Positions 11,946 to 22,045 of a DNA stretch of 64,000 bases are shown piece by piece. This DNA is from Podarcis bocagei. Lineage: Eukaryota. The stretch is from NCBI GenBank assembly GCA_964188305.1, contig OZ076901.1, one strand, 5' to 3'. The notes beneath the pieces were generated by a model. It was not told the origin of the DNA. It did no database searches and saw only the letters and a list, made by a program, of their open reading frames with translations. Each line of letters starts with the position of its first letter. The first letter of the stretch is position 1. Made by a program: the position numbers and the translations under genes.

Positions 11946-13689
11946 TCAAGGCTACTAGCCATAATTGCTGTGTTCTACCTCCACTGTTGGAGGCAGCAGG
12001 CCTCTGAATATTAGTTGCTGTGGAATGGAAGTAGGACAAGTGTTATTGCATCCATGTCAGGCTTGAAGGCATCTGGGTAACCCCTGTGAGAGCAGGATCC
12101 TGGCCTAGACGGGCCTTTGGCCTGACCCAGCAGGAATTTTCTTATGCTCTCATGTTCTTAAAATAGATTTGGGCAATTTTCCAAATGCAGAGTTGAAGAT
12201 TTTATATTTCAGTTCAAACATCTCACAATGAAACTTTTCAGAATGATCTGTGGGGTAATTTGTGAAGGAGACATTTAAAAGTGTCTTCCAGTTCCTGAGG
12301 CTCATGAGTGACATAACATATTTTCGGATTCAATGGACTGTACAGCAAATGTTCCTGGTTGCTTTAATTGATCATCTGATTTCCAAATAACATTATCCAA
12401 AGTTTCATTCCTGGGTGCATGCCTGATGTAGCTAATGATAAATATAACTCTGAGTAGGAGTACTGAATAACTGCTGGATAAATGAGGTGGTGGATCACAA
12501 CTTGAAGGGTGGAAATGAATCTTGCATGTTTCCTCCTGGGAAACCAACAAACTCCAAAGGCAAAACAAATTATCTTTTTATATTTGCTGTTTTCTTTTTC
12601 ATTCATTTTGTCTTTGTAGATGTGCACCCAGCTTTGAACTGCAGTGTGTAATTAAGAATCCCAAAGGGGATTAGCAGATCCTAATAAGGCATCTATTTTG
12701 GTAACCACCATCTCAATATATTTCTCATGGATTAGGTATGAATTCTTAACCCTTTACCAACAAGTCTACGCATTCTGAGAACTATTTTCAGACCTTTTCT
12801 TCTATTTTAATAAACTTTTCACCCTCATTAAATTGGATTCTTCCCTTCTCCAACTGTTGAAGGTTTTTACCCTTTTTTTAGGTCTGTGATTTTACTTTCA
12901 GGAAATAAAACCATCTCCTGGTTTTTGATGGCTAGAACTTTCTGAACTCCCTATTAATAAATGCATTTCTTTTCAAAGATTATATATAAAAAGCAGCAAA
13001 TCCTTCTGATATGTTAAACAGCCTTTCCACTCTCATCATCCAACATCTATCTCTAGTTGAAGTTTAGGCCTCTTTCTCTATTAATTACACAGCCTTAAAG
13101 GCACCCCAGTTAAAGACATAGCAATTCTCAGTAACAACACTCGCCCGCCCTCTCTAACAACCTATTCCCTGAAACACACCAAAACGGTATCAAAAATAGA
13201 AGTTCCCAAAGATTGCAATTAGTCATACACTTCAAGAGTGTCTAGGGTAATTCCTATTTTATATGACCTATCCCGGGGGTGGGAGAAATCACTGGATTGT
13301 ATCCAACTAAGTCCTACTCTCAGTAGACACATTGAAAATTGTGGGCCTGTTCAGGGCAGTGAAACACGAGACCTGAGGGCCATATGTGGCCCTCAAGTCC
13401 TTTTTGGGTGGTCACTGGCAATGAGGGCTGCAGAGGAGATCAAATTTTTGGTCTTGCTCAACAAGGCAGTGTGTGGCCTGCAGGTTCCGTGCCAAAGTAC
13501 TCTTGCGGCCCATTTGGTGTGGAAAGTTGGCCTAAGTTATGGAGCAGGTGTGCCAAATCTTTGGTGTGGTGAATATCCTCCAGATATTGCTGAACTAGAA
13601 CTCCCATTATCCCATGCTCGCTGAGGTGGACAGGAATTATAGTTCAGTTACATTTCTAGGGTCATCCTTGTTAAAAAGCATAGACTTAA

Positions 13690-14020
13690 AGAATCATAGA
13701 ATTGTAGAGTTGGAAGTGACCCCAAAGGTCATTTAATCCAATGTCCTGTCGTACAGGAATCACAGTCCAAATCCATCACCCGCAAGGTTCTACAGAGTGA
13801 TAGAGCTACCACTATCAGGTCAGGCAGATTGGGCCTGATCCCTGGGCCTACTGCATGCTGGTGCAGTGATTGGGCATCATACCAACCAAGAACTCTCCTT
13901 CGTTGGAGGTTTTTAAGCAGAGGTTGGATGGCCATCTGCTATGGATGCTTTAGCTGATATTCCTGCATTGCAGGGGGTCAGGCAAGATGGCCCTTGGGTC
14001 TCTTCCAACTCTACGATTCT
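13690..14020. mobile_element. CR1 LINE 3'-end fragments in both orientations
   Basis: gaatcatagaattgtagagttggaag (minus) and ttggaggtttttaagcagaggttggatggccatctg...cttccaactctacgattct (plus); similar pieces near 11320, 52440-52940, 56790 and 62900. Confidence 0.7.
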
Positions 14021-14178
14021 TTGAACAAGCCAGTGGGAGCCAGGTGGATCCTGGGCCTGCTCAGCTCTGCCCGCCCCTCAGAATGTGAAACCTTCCACTG
14101 AGTTCTGTTGGCAAGAATTCCACTGGCAAGTTTTCTGCCCATCCAATGAGTGAAAATGGGAGATTGCATTGATAAGGG

Positions 14179-14234
<56 letters not shown>
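14179..14234. repeat. (TAA)n microsatellite
   Basis: Direct tandem units. Confidence 0.95.
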
Positions 14235-14450
14235 TACATCCTTGGAGATGTAATGGGTCTACACAGAGTAGAGCTTCATTGTCCACTACTCTTTTTTTGT
14301 ATATACTAAGGTCTGTCATGTCTTCTTGAGTTACTCGCCAACTCAGCCTATACATGACCCCTACCAACCCCAAATCCTCCCTTTATACCCCACCCAAACC
14401 CCCATCCCCTCACAGCTCCTTCAAGTCTCCCATCCTCCAGTTTCTTCCCT

Positions 14451-14566
14451 GCTCCTTCAGCCCTCCACAGCTCCTTCAACCTGCCACTGGCGGAGGAAGA
14501 GGAGTGCAGGGGGAGCGCACGGCCCACGGCAGCGCGATCCCAGTGGGGTGCCATCACGGTTGCCCC
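14451..14566 (+). repeat. 116-bp direct duplication flanking the copia element, copy 1 (copy 2 = 17635-17750)
   Basis: gctccttcagccctccacag...ccatcacggttgcccc appears identical at both sites (offset 3184). Confidence 0.95.
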
Positions 14567-14950
14567 TGTGGGAGTTGGAACTTAACTGGTTAAGTTGTTC
14601 CCATGATGCCTCACCATTCTGACGTCAGCTGTAGAAGCTGGGAGGAGTTTTGGGAGGAGTTTGTCAGTCCCACTGTGTACTTTGTGGGGAAAAGACGTGG
14701 TCTTGGTATGGCTGCTAATAGTCCTGGAAATTCCTGAGAAATGTTGGAATAAATGCTGTATATAGACAAACGGGACTCTGTGTGTTTGTCTGGAAGCTGA
14801 ACCAGGCCGGTGACAGTTTTACACCGCTGTGCGAAGCTCTGCTGAGTCGTGACGGAGAGAAGCTGGAGTGGAAGCATGCCGGGCAGCAATAAACCGCTAA
14901 TCGAGGTTTGTAAATCAATTAGCGGGGGTCACGGCCAATAAAATAGCACA
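14567..14950 (+). repeat. copia 5' LTR, 384 bp
   Basis: TGTGGGAG...TAGCACA; TATATA near 14759; AATAAA at 14888 and 14937. Confidence 0.92.
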
Positions 14951-14964
14951 GGTTATGGATCATC
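14951..14964 (+). promoter_or_regulatory. Degenerate primer-binding site, copia half-tRNAiMet type
   Basis: GGTTATGGATCATC directly after the LTR CA, compared with canonical copia GGTTATGGGCCCAG (first 8 nt match). Confidence 0.65.
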
Positions 14965-15686
14965 ATCGCTTGTAAAACTGTCACGGAAGATACTGCCGGG
15001 AGCTTTGATCTGCGGTGTCGAGCAGGGGGCCGGCAGGAGGCGGAAGGACTTTTTGCCTGGTGTTAAGAGGCAAAGGAGCAGCTGCGGAGTTTGAAAGCAG
15101 CTGGCTGCAAAACGCAGAGAGTGCCTGTGTTGCGAGAAAAGCCAGAGGAGCTGAGAGCAGCAGGGAATCGTTTCTCCGGACGGGTGCTGGATGAGCTGGT
15201 GATCTTGTGAGTACAGCTTGGGGCCCCTTGGGAGAACGGAAAAGGATGGCAGGCTGCCAGGTCTTGGAGGACTGTGGGAGGCTCACTTTAAGAAGTTGGG
15301 CAACCTGGCTGCTGATCTAAAGTCTACTGTTCTGGGTGCCAGGAAGCCAGAGGCCGTTCAGCGCTTCAGGGTGTTTGTGAGGCTGGAGGCGGAAAGCAAG
15401 GGCCGGGAGATGGCTGCTTCAGAACAGAAAGACAAGATGGCGCTGATCACCTATGTGAGAGCCGGTGCACAGCTGGGAAAGGCTGTGGGCCCCAGAGGGG
15501 GGGCAAAGGGACTATTGGCACTTGGAAATGTACTGCTGTGTTTGCTGTGAAGCTTCAGCAGGAGGCCAGAGCCCTGGAGAAGGAATACAAAAGCCTAAAG
15601 ATGGCTGGAGCCCCTGTTCCTGGTGATTTAGCCTCAAGGAGTGCTAGTGAGCATGTCGGGGGGGGCGGAAAGTTCCAAAGGCAAGT

Positions 15687-17255
15687 TTGAAAAGTTTTCC
15701 ACTGAACCTGCTGGAGCGAAGAGCAGCTTCAGGGGGGGCGAGGCTGGTGGGAGGCGCCGTTCCAGAAGGAGGAAGGCCAAGCCAGCTGGGAGCCCCGAGC
15801 AGTGTTTTTCCACTGGAGTTCAACGTCTGCGTGGCAGATTGCCCCCACCGGAGCAGAGAGACAAGACAGGATGTTGCCAAGGTCAACAAACTGCTGAATT
15901 CTCATGGGAACCAGTCGGGTTTCCATGGCAACTGGTCTGGAAAAACAACCAGGCGTGAGACTGAGGCTGGTGGACGTGCCAGGTGCCAGCAAGAGACTCG
16001 TGGGACAAGGCCAGAGCAGAGTGTTGTTATTGGCTCTGCTGCTAATTGCAATTTGATCCCAGAGACATCTGCTGGGAAGCTGCGGAAATGCAGGGCTGTT
16101 TTGACAGGGATGACTGTTAGGTTCACAGACGGAACACAAAAATCAGTCTGTGGTGTGGTGGCTAACGTGTTCTTTTCTTTCCAGGAGGAGCAAAAGTTCA
16201 ACGTTGTGCCGGGACTGAAGCGTTGTCTTTTATCTGTATCAGCTCTAAAGAAGCAGGGATACAATGCTCGTTTTGAAAATGACACCTGTTCCATTTTCAG
16301 AGGAGGGAGACAACGGGTCAACGTGCAGAGGGAGAACAACGTCTTTGTTCTGGAGACACCTCTGGAGGGTTGTGGGAATGCTGGAAAAGCACGGGTGCAG
16401 TGTGCTAAGGTTCCCAGTCATGTGCAAAAGTTGCACAGGTGCACAAAAAGGTGTAAAATCACACAATGTGGGAGGTCCCAAGGGTACAGGGCATGCAAGG
16501 GTGCAAAGGTGCTTGGTTTTCCCGGGTTTGGGAGGGTAACCAAAGAGCCCTTTGAGTTTGTTCTCACAGATCCGTCAGGACCCAAGAGGTCTGAGAGTCT
16601 GGGTGAGGCCAGGTATGTGCTGTCGCTGACAGGTGACCACAGCCAGGTTGGCTGGTGTTTCTCTCTCAAATCACAGGGGGAGGTGACGCAACTGATCCAG
16701 GAATGGGTTGCGGGGGTGGAACGAAGGTTCTCCACCAGGGTGCAAAGGTTCAAGAGCGACCGAGGGTCACAGTTTACTGGGTCTGCTCTGGAGAAGTTTT
16801 TCAAGGAAAAGGGAATACGTCACCAGGTGACGGGTGCAAAGTCTCCTCAAGGGGAGGAGAGGGAGGCAGAGACTGATCCCGATGACGGGGACCAGGTCCA
16901 GAATCAGGGTTCAGATCCCGGTGATGGGGACCAGGTCCAGGGTCAGGGGTCAGGGCAGGTTTGGGCATCTCCAAGGGTTATGAAAGGAGTGTCCAGGTGT
17001 GAGGCTTCATCTCCGGTAATGGAGAAAGCTCACGGATGGGTTGTCAAGTCAGAGGGGGAAAGGTCTGACGGAGAAGACACAACTGCTGACCCTAATGGGT
17101 CAGTAGGGTATCAGGTCACAGGTGCGTGGAAAAGTGTCGCACAGTGTGATTCTGGGAGTGTTGAAGGGGTTCAACAGGTGCCTGGGAAAGATGCCGGGAA
17201 GGGGCACAAGGCAAAGGGGAAGGTGTTGAACTCAGAGGGTCTTGTCAGAATGTGA
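15687..17255 (+). pseudogene. Degenerate copia polyprotein ORF, 522 aa: dead protease, integrase core, low-complexity tail; no RT
   Basis: SVVIGSAANCNL (DSG lost); EPFEFVLTDPSGPKRSESLGEARY...KSDRGSQF...KEKGIRHQVTGAKSPQ matches the copia rve core; no YxDD. Confidence 0.85.
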
Positions 17256-17258
17256 TGC

Positions 17259-17267
17259 AAGAGGGGG
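17259..17267 (+). promoter_or_regulatory. Polypurine tract
   Basis: AAGAGGGGG directly before the TG of the 3' LTR. Confidence 0.85.
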
Positions 17268-17636
17268 TGTGGGAGTTGGAACTTAACTGGTTAAGTTGTT
17301 CCCATGATGCCTCACCATTCTGACGTCAGCTGTAGAAGCTGGGAGGAGTTTTGGGAGGAGTTTGTCAGTCCCACTTTGAACTTTGTGGGGAAAAGACGTG
17401 GTCTTGGTATGGCTGCTAATAGTCCTGGAAATTCCTGAGAAATGTTGGAATAAATGCTGTATATAGACAAACGGGACTCTGTGTGTTTGTCTGGAAGCTG
17501 AACCAGGCCGGTGACAGTTTTACACCGCTGTGCGAAGCTCTGCTGAGTCGTGACGGAGAGAAGCTGGAGTGGAAGCGTGCCGGGCAGCAATAAACCGCTA
17601 ATCGAGGTTTGTAAATCAATTAGCGGGGGTCACGGC
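17268..17636 (+). repeat. copia 3' LTR, missing its terminal 15 bp
   Basis: Matches 14567-14935; CAATAAAATAGCACA is absent. Confidence 0.92.
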
Positions 17637-17668
17637 TCCTTCAGCCCTCCACAGCTCCTTCAACCTGC

Positions 17669-17866
17669 CACTGGCGGAGGAAGAGGAGTGCAGGGGGAGC
17701 GCACGGCCCACGGCAGCGCGATCCCAGTGGGGTGCCATCACGGTTGCCCCCTGCCCACGCTGGGCACCACGTCCCCAGGACGCGTGCCACATCCCTGTGG
17801 GTGGAGCACCATGCCCCCGGGACTGCTCTCCACCCCCCAGTGTCGGAGCATGAAGCTCCGCCATTG
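17669..17866 (+). mobile_element. hAT-type MITE, the target of the copia insertion; its first 82 bp are duplicated at 14485-14566
   Basis: TIRs CACTGGCGGAG / CTCCGCCATTG; 8-bp TSD CAACCTGC vs CACCCTGC (7/8). Confidence 0.8.
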
Positions 17867-18454
17867 CACCCTGCTTCTTCAGCACCCTGCATATCCTTAC
17901 CGCTCCTTCATCTTCCCCATATTTTTACAGTGCCTCCAAGCCTCCCCATATCTTCACAGTTCCTATGTGTCCCTCCACCTTGACTTTATTCAAACCTTTG
18001 TAGTTGTTTAAAACCATCATCTCTAAAACCTGCCTCCTCCTTTGCTCCCCTCCACTGCCGGACCTCATCCAAACCCAAGATTGTGATGAGGTGCTACAAA
18101 TCCTCCAATGGATGCCGCACAATGACAGATTACATGTGAATATTTCTAACCTGCTCTTCACCAGACGGTCCCAGGATGGGGTACATACAAAATCAAAATA
18201 ACAAATCAGAACAGCATCTAACATAAAATTAACACCATACTTTTAAAGCATCGTGTTTAAAAGTGGAGGAACAATAATTTCATCTGTTGTCCCTATTTTT
18301 ACTGTCAAGAGATGCTTTGTTTAAAAAAGAATAGTGTGGGGTGACTAGAACTGAGCTGAAATTTCTCAAATAACATTTCCCACCCCCTAAGATTTTCCCT
18401 ATTTTTCCACCCCTCCCTAGAGTAAGACTGCGTTGCAGAATTTCCTCAGAATAT

Positions 18455-18531
<77 letters not shown>
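18455..18531. repeat. (TG)n(GA)n compound microsatellite
   Basis: Direct tandem units. Confidence 0.95.
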
Positions 18532-18538
<7 letters not shown>

Positions 18539-18652
18539 CACCCTCACTACAAAAAAAGAAAAAACACACAAACAAGATTTGCAGCAACGATCAGGGCAAT
18601 TTTGAACATGCAAAATTATGGCCTTGCTCCCAATACAGCTGCTGCTGCTGCC

Positions 18653-18856
18653 NNNNNNNNNNNNNNNNNNNNNNNNNNNNNNNNNNNNNNNNNNNNNNNN
18701 NNNNNNNNNNNNNNNNNNNNNNNNNNNNNNNNNNNNNNNNNNNNNNNNNNNNNNNNNNNNNNNNNNNNNNNNNNNNNNNNNNNNNNNNNNNNNNNNNNNN
18801 NNNNNNNNNNNNNNNNNNNNNNNNNNNNNNNNNNNNNNNNNNNNNNNNNNNNNNNN
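18653..18856. other. Assembly gap (N)
   Basis: N run preceded by (GCT)n. Confidence 1.
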
Positions 18857-20888
18857 AGAAACACAGTAAAATGGTCTCCTCAATTTCAATATACCAGTTG
18901 GCATTATCTGGGGCAGATGTCACCACTGGGGTGTGTGTGACAAAATGCTGGGCAACACTCACCGTGGGGCCTGCAGCGCACCAAGCCATGCGTGTCTCAT
19001 GGGAGAGACACAGCGGCTTGGGTGCATGCAGGCTCCACGCTGCCCAAACGGTCTGTTCACTGCCTCCCCCCCAGCTGTTGGGTGGCTGAGTGGGAGGAGG
19101 CAGGCAGACTCCGGAGGCCCCGAGGTGCACCCTGCTTCCTCCGCCCCTGGGCATCATATTGTTTCACTATAGCAAACAAGTTGAAGACTTCTGGGAGATC
19201 ATTTGAACACAGCTTTAGAACTGGTGGTGTTGTCATTCACCAGAGTTGAGCTTCCTTCCTTGCGGTCTCTAGAACTTGATTCTTGGTATTTGAATGAGGA
19301 ATGGATGCATCTGATCCCCAATGCGTGGTTATTTCTATATTTACATGCAAGAGTTCTGTACCATCCATTAAAAAAAAAAATCATCTGGCAGTACACAAAT
19401 AAACATTTAAACCTTGAAGAAGAAGAATCATAAAAAAGAACATAGGCACAAAATCTTAAAACAGTTAAAAGAGTATCAGAATTAAAAGAAAGAAAGAAAA
19501 GAACAGCCACAGAAAAGGTCCTCGGAAGGGCCATAGCTCAGAGGCAGAGCATCTGCTTTGCATGTGGATTTTAATTATATTTGGATTTATATATATATAA
19601 AAAACAAACCTGTTTTTTTTAACTTTGTCTTTTTATTAAAAATCTGAAAGTTTGTTTTATTTTCAATCTGTTAAATAGAACTTAGAGGTTCTATTTAAAG
19701 ACCAAGCAATACACAACTTGTGTTAAATTAATAAATGTAGAAGGTTAAATAATAAATGCATAAGGGTTCGATCCCTGGCAACTCCAATCAGCACTGGGAG
19801 AGATCCTGCCTCGAGAGTTGCTTACAATCGGTGTTCATAATATATGAGGTGGTTTGGTACAAGGCAGCAACAGTACTTAAAGAGCACTAAAACTATTGAA
19901 CCTAAAAGGGTTTTCAGCTGATACCAAACAGTCCAGAGTGCAAATCTCTCTGGGAAGAATATTCCACAACTGGTCACCACCAGTGAATAGGCCTTGCCCC
20001 TAACAGACACCTCCCTCACCACCTTTGGCAGGTGAACCCCAAGAAGGACCTTCAGAAATGACCTTAGAGCTCAGGCAGGTATATATATACCAGATGGTAT
20101 CTTAGTGCTTTAAATGTATAGTGTGGATGTGGCCTCAATGGTAGAGCACATGTTTTGCAGACAGACAGTCTTGAGTTCAGTTTCTGGATATTCCAGGTAC
20201 GACTGGGAGAGACTCTTCTCTGAAACCCCAGAAAGTCATGGCCAGACAGTGTTGAGCACACCATGTGCTGGCTGGGTTTGATGGAAATCATAGTCCAAAG
20301 CACCTTAGGGCATCAGGTTGATGAAGGATGGTACAGGCAGTACTCAGCTTAGATAGACTGATGGTCACACTCACTATAAGGCAGCTTTCTTTCAACATTA
20401 TAGAGTACACAACTTGCCATTTCACCTTCTGCAGCTGCTGAGCTAATCTTCAAATGTTGTTGCTGGCATCCGTCTGTTCCCCATCCATCCAGCCATCCAT
20501 AAAGCTTCCATTGCCACTGTGGTCATCATTGTCAGACCACACAGCATACAAACCTTGTATATCAAAGCCAGGACTCAATGTTCAATCACACATTGATGTG
20601 ATCCAGATACAAAATTCAGAGCAGGATTGGGCTTCTGAAGCATGGCATTGCTCTACCTATGGCAATGGGCTTTCCCTCTCCCCTTCACCACTTGCCTGTC
20701 AGTCTTGATGGACCTTTTCACTGCTGCGTAATAATGAGGATGAATTTCTTTTCAAATCCTTTTGATGTCTCCTTTAAAGCTGGGGAGGCAGTTACATTTT
20801 GAGCAGCAGGTGTTGGCTTTGTAACCTAAGGACCAGATTCATTCCATGAAAAATAATTTTAAACTTGTAATTAAAACTATATAGGAAC

Positions 20889-20890
<2 letters not shown>

Positions 20891-20942
<52 letters not shown>
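20891..20942. repeat. (GT)n microsatellite
   Basis: Direct tandem units. Confidence 0.95.
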
Positions 20943-20944
<2 letters not shown>

Positions 20945-21888
20945 CTGAGTAAGGGAAATGGCTTAGTAGTAGAGCATCTGCCTTGGCTGCAGAAGTTCCC
21001 TTGAAGTCACTGGCATCTCTAGGTAGGGCAGTGAGAGACCCACACCTGTATAAACCCCTGGAGAATGATTGCCAGTCAATATGGACAGTTCTGAGCTATA
21101 TGGACTAATACTCTGACTTGGCAACCTGCCATGTCCCCATGTCCCTAACCTGCTGTGCCATCCATCCCTTGATTAAAGCATATCACACGTGGGCAAAATA
21201 AGCAGAGAAACCCCATCCCCTCCCTCCCTCCCCCCTGGGACTGGTCAAAAGGGAAATTAATCAGGAGGAGGAGAAATGATATTAGATATTTCCTTAATCA
21301 AGACATTTGAAAGAACCTGGTATGCAGACACTGCACTCCCAATTTATTATGATAACAGAAGCCTGGCACTACTAATGAAATGGCAATCTGATCAAACACA
21401 ATGGTCTATTTCTGGAAGGACTGCTGGCTCAGGTTGTGGGCAGCATAATAGAAACTGAAATGTAGAAGAAGGGCCATTGTGTTCCTAATCTTGCTATTGT
21501 CCCTCCCTAATTACTAGATCTGATGAGGACAGCAAAGTAGGTGGAGTGACTCTCTGCTACCTCATGTTTCAAAGGTGCAAACACAGAGAAAGGACTTCGC
21601 AGGATCCACAAAGGTGAAGACTCAGGAGGAATGCACTCGGAGGTGAATGAAATAACCCTTCAGAGCTTCACCCTTTAGATCAGGGGCAGCCAACACAGTG
21701 GCCTCCAGATGTTGCCGACTAGAGTACCAATCAGCTCCAGCCAGAACAGCCCACACCATCTGGAAGGCACAACATTGTCTACCCCTGCCTTTGATACTGA
21801 GGCTGAAAATGATGCTGGCCAAGAAAATAATCATTCAAGTTTGAGAAAGGCCTCCTTATGGAAGGTATGGATAGCTGTTGTGAGTGGT

Positions 21889-22045
21889 AGGTAAAAAAGG
21901 AAAAAGTAGGTAAAGAACCCCTGGACGGTTAAGTCCAGTCAATGGTGACTATGGGGTGCAGTGCTCATCTTGCTTCAGGCTGAAGGAGCCAGTGTTTGTC
22001 CACAGATAGTTTTCTGGGTCATGTGGCTAGCATGACTAAACTGCT
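21889..22045 (-). mobile_element. Sauria SINE 3' fragment
   Basis: ggtaaagaacccctggacggttaagtccagtc...gggtcatgtggctagcatgactaa; matches 60127-60270. Confidence 0.8.

Larger units (their letters stand above)
14567..17636 (+). mobile_element. Non-autonomous Ty1/copia LTR retrotransposon, young, lacking RT
   Basis: Two LTRs with 3 mismatches over 369 bp; GGTTATGG PBS remnant; AAGAGGGGG PPT; copia domain order of gag remnant, PR remnant, integrase core. Confidence 0.93.

Noticed and set aside
18446-19157. ORFs crossing N-gaps (also 45177-45477)
   Set aside because: They are open only because N codons cannot be stops.
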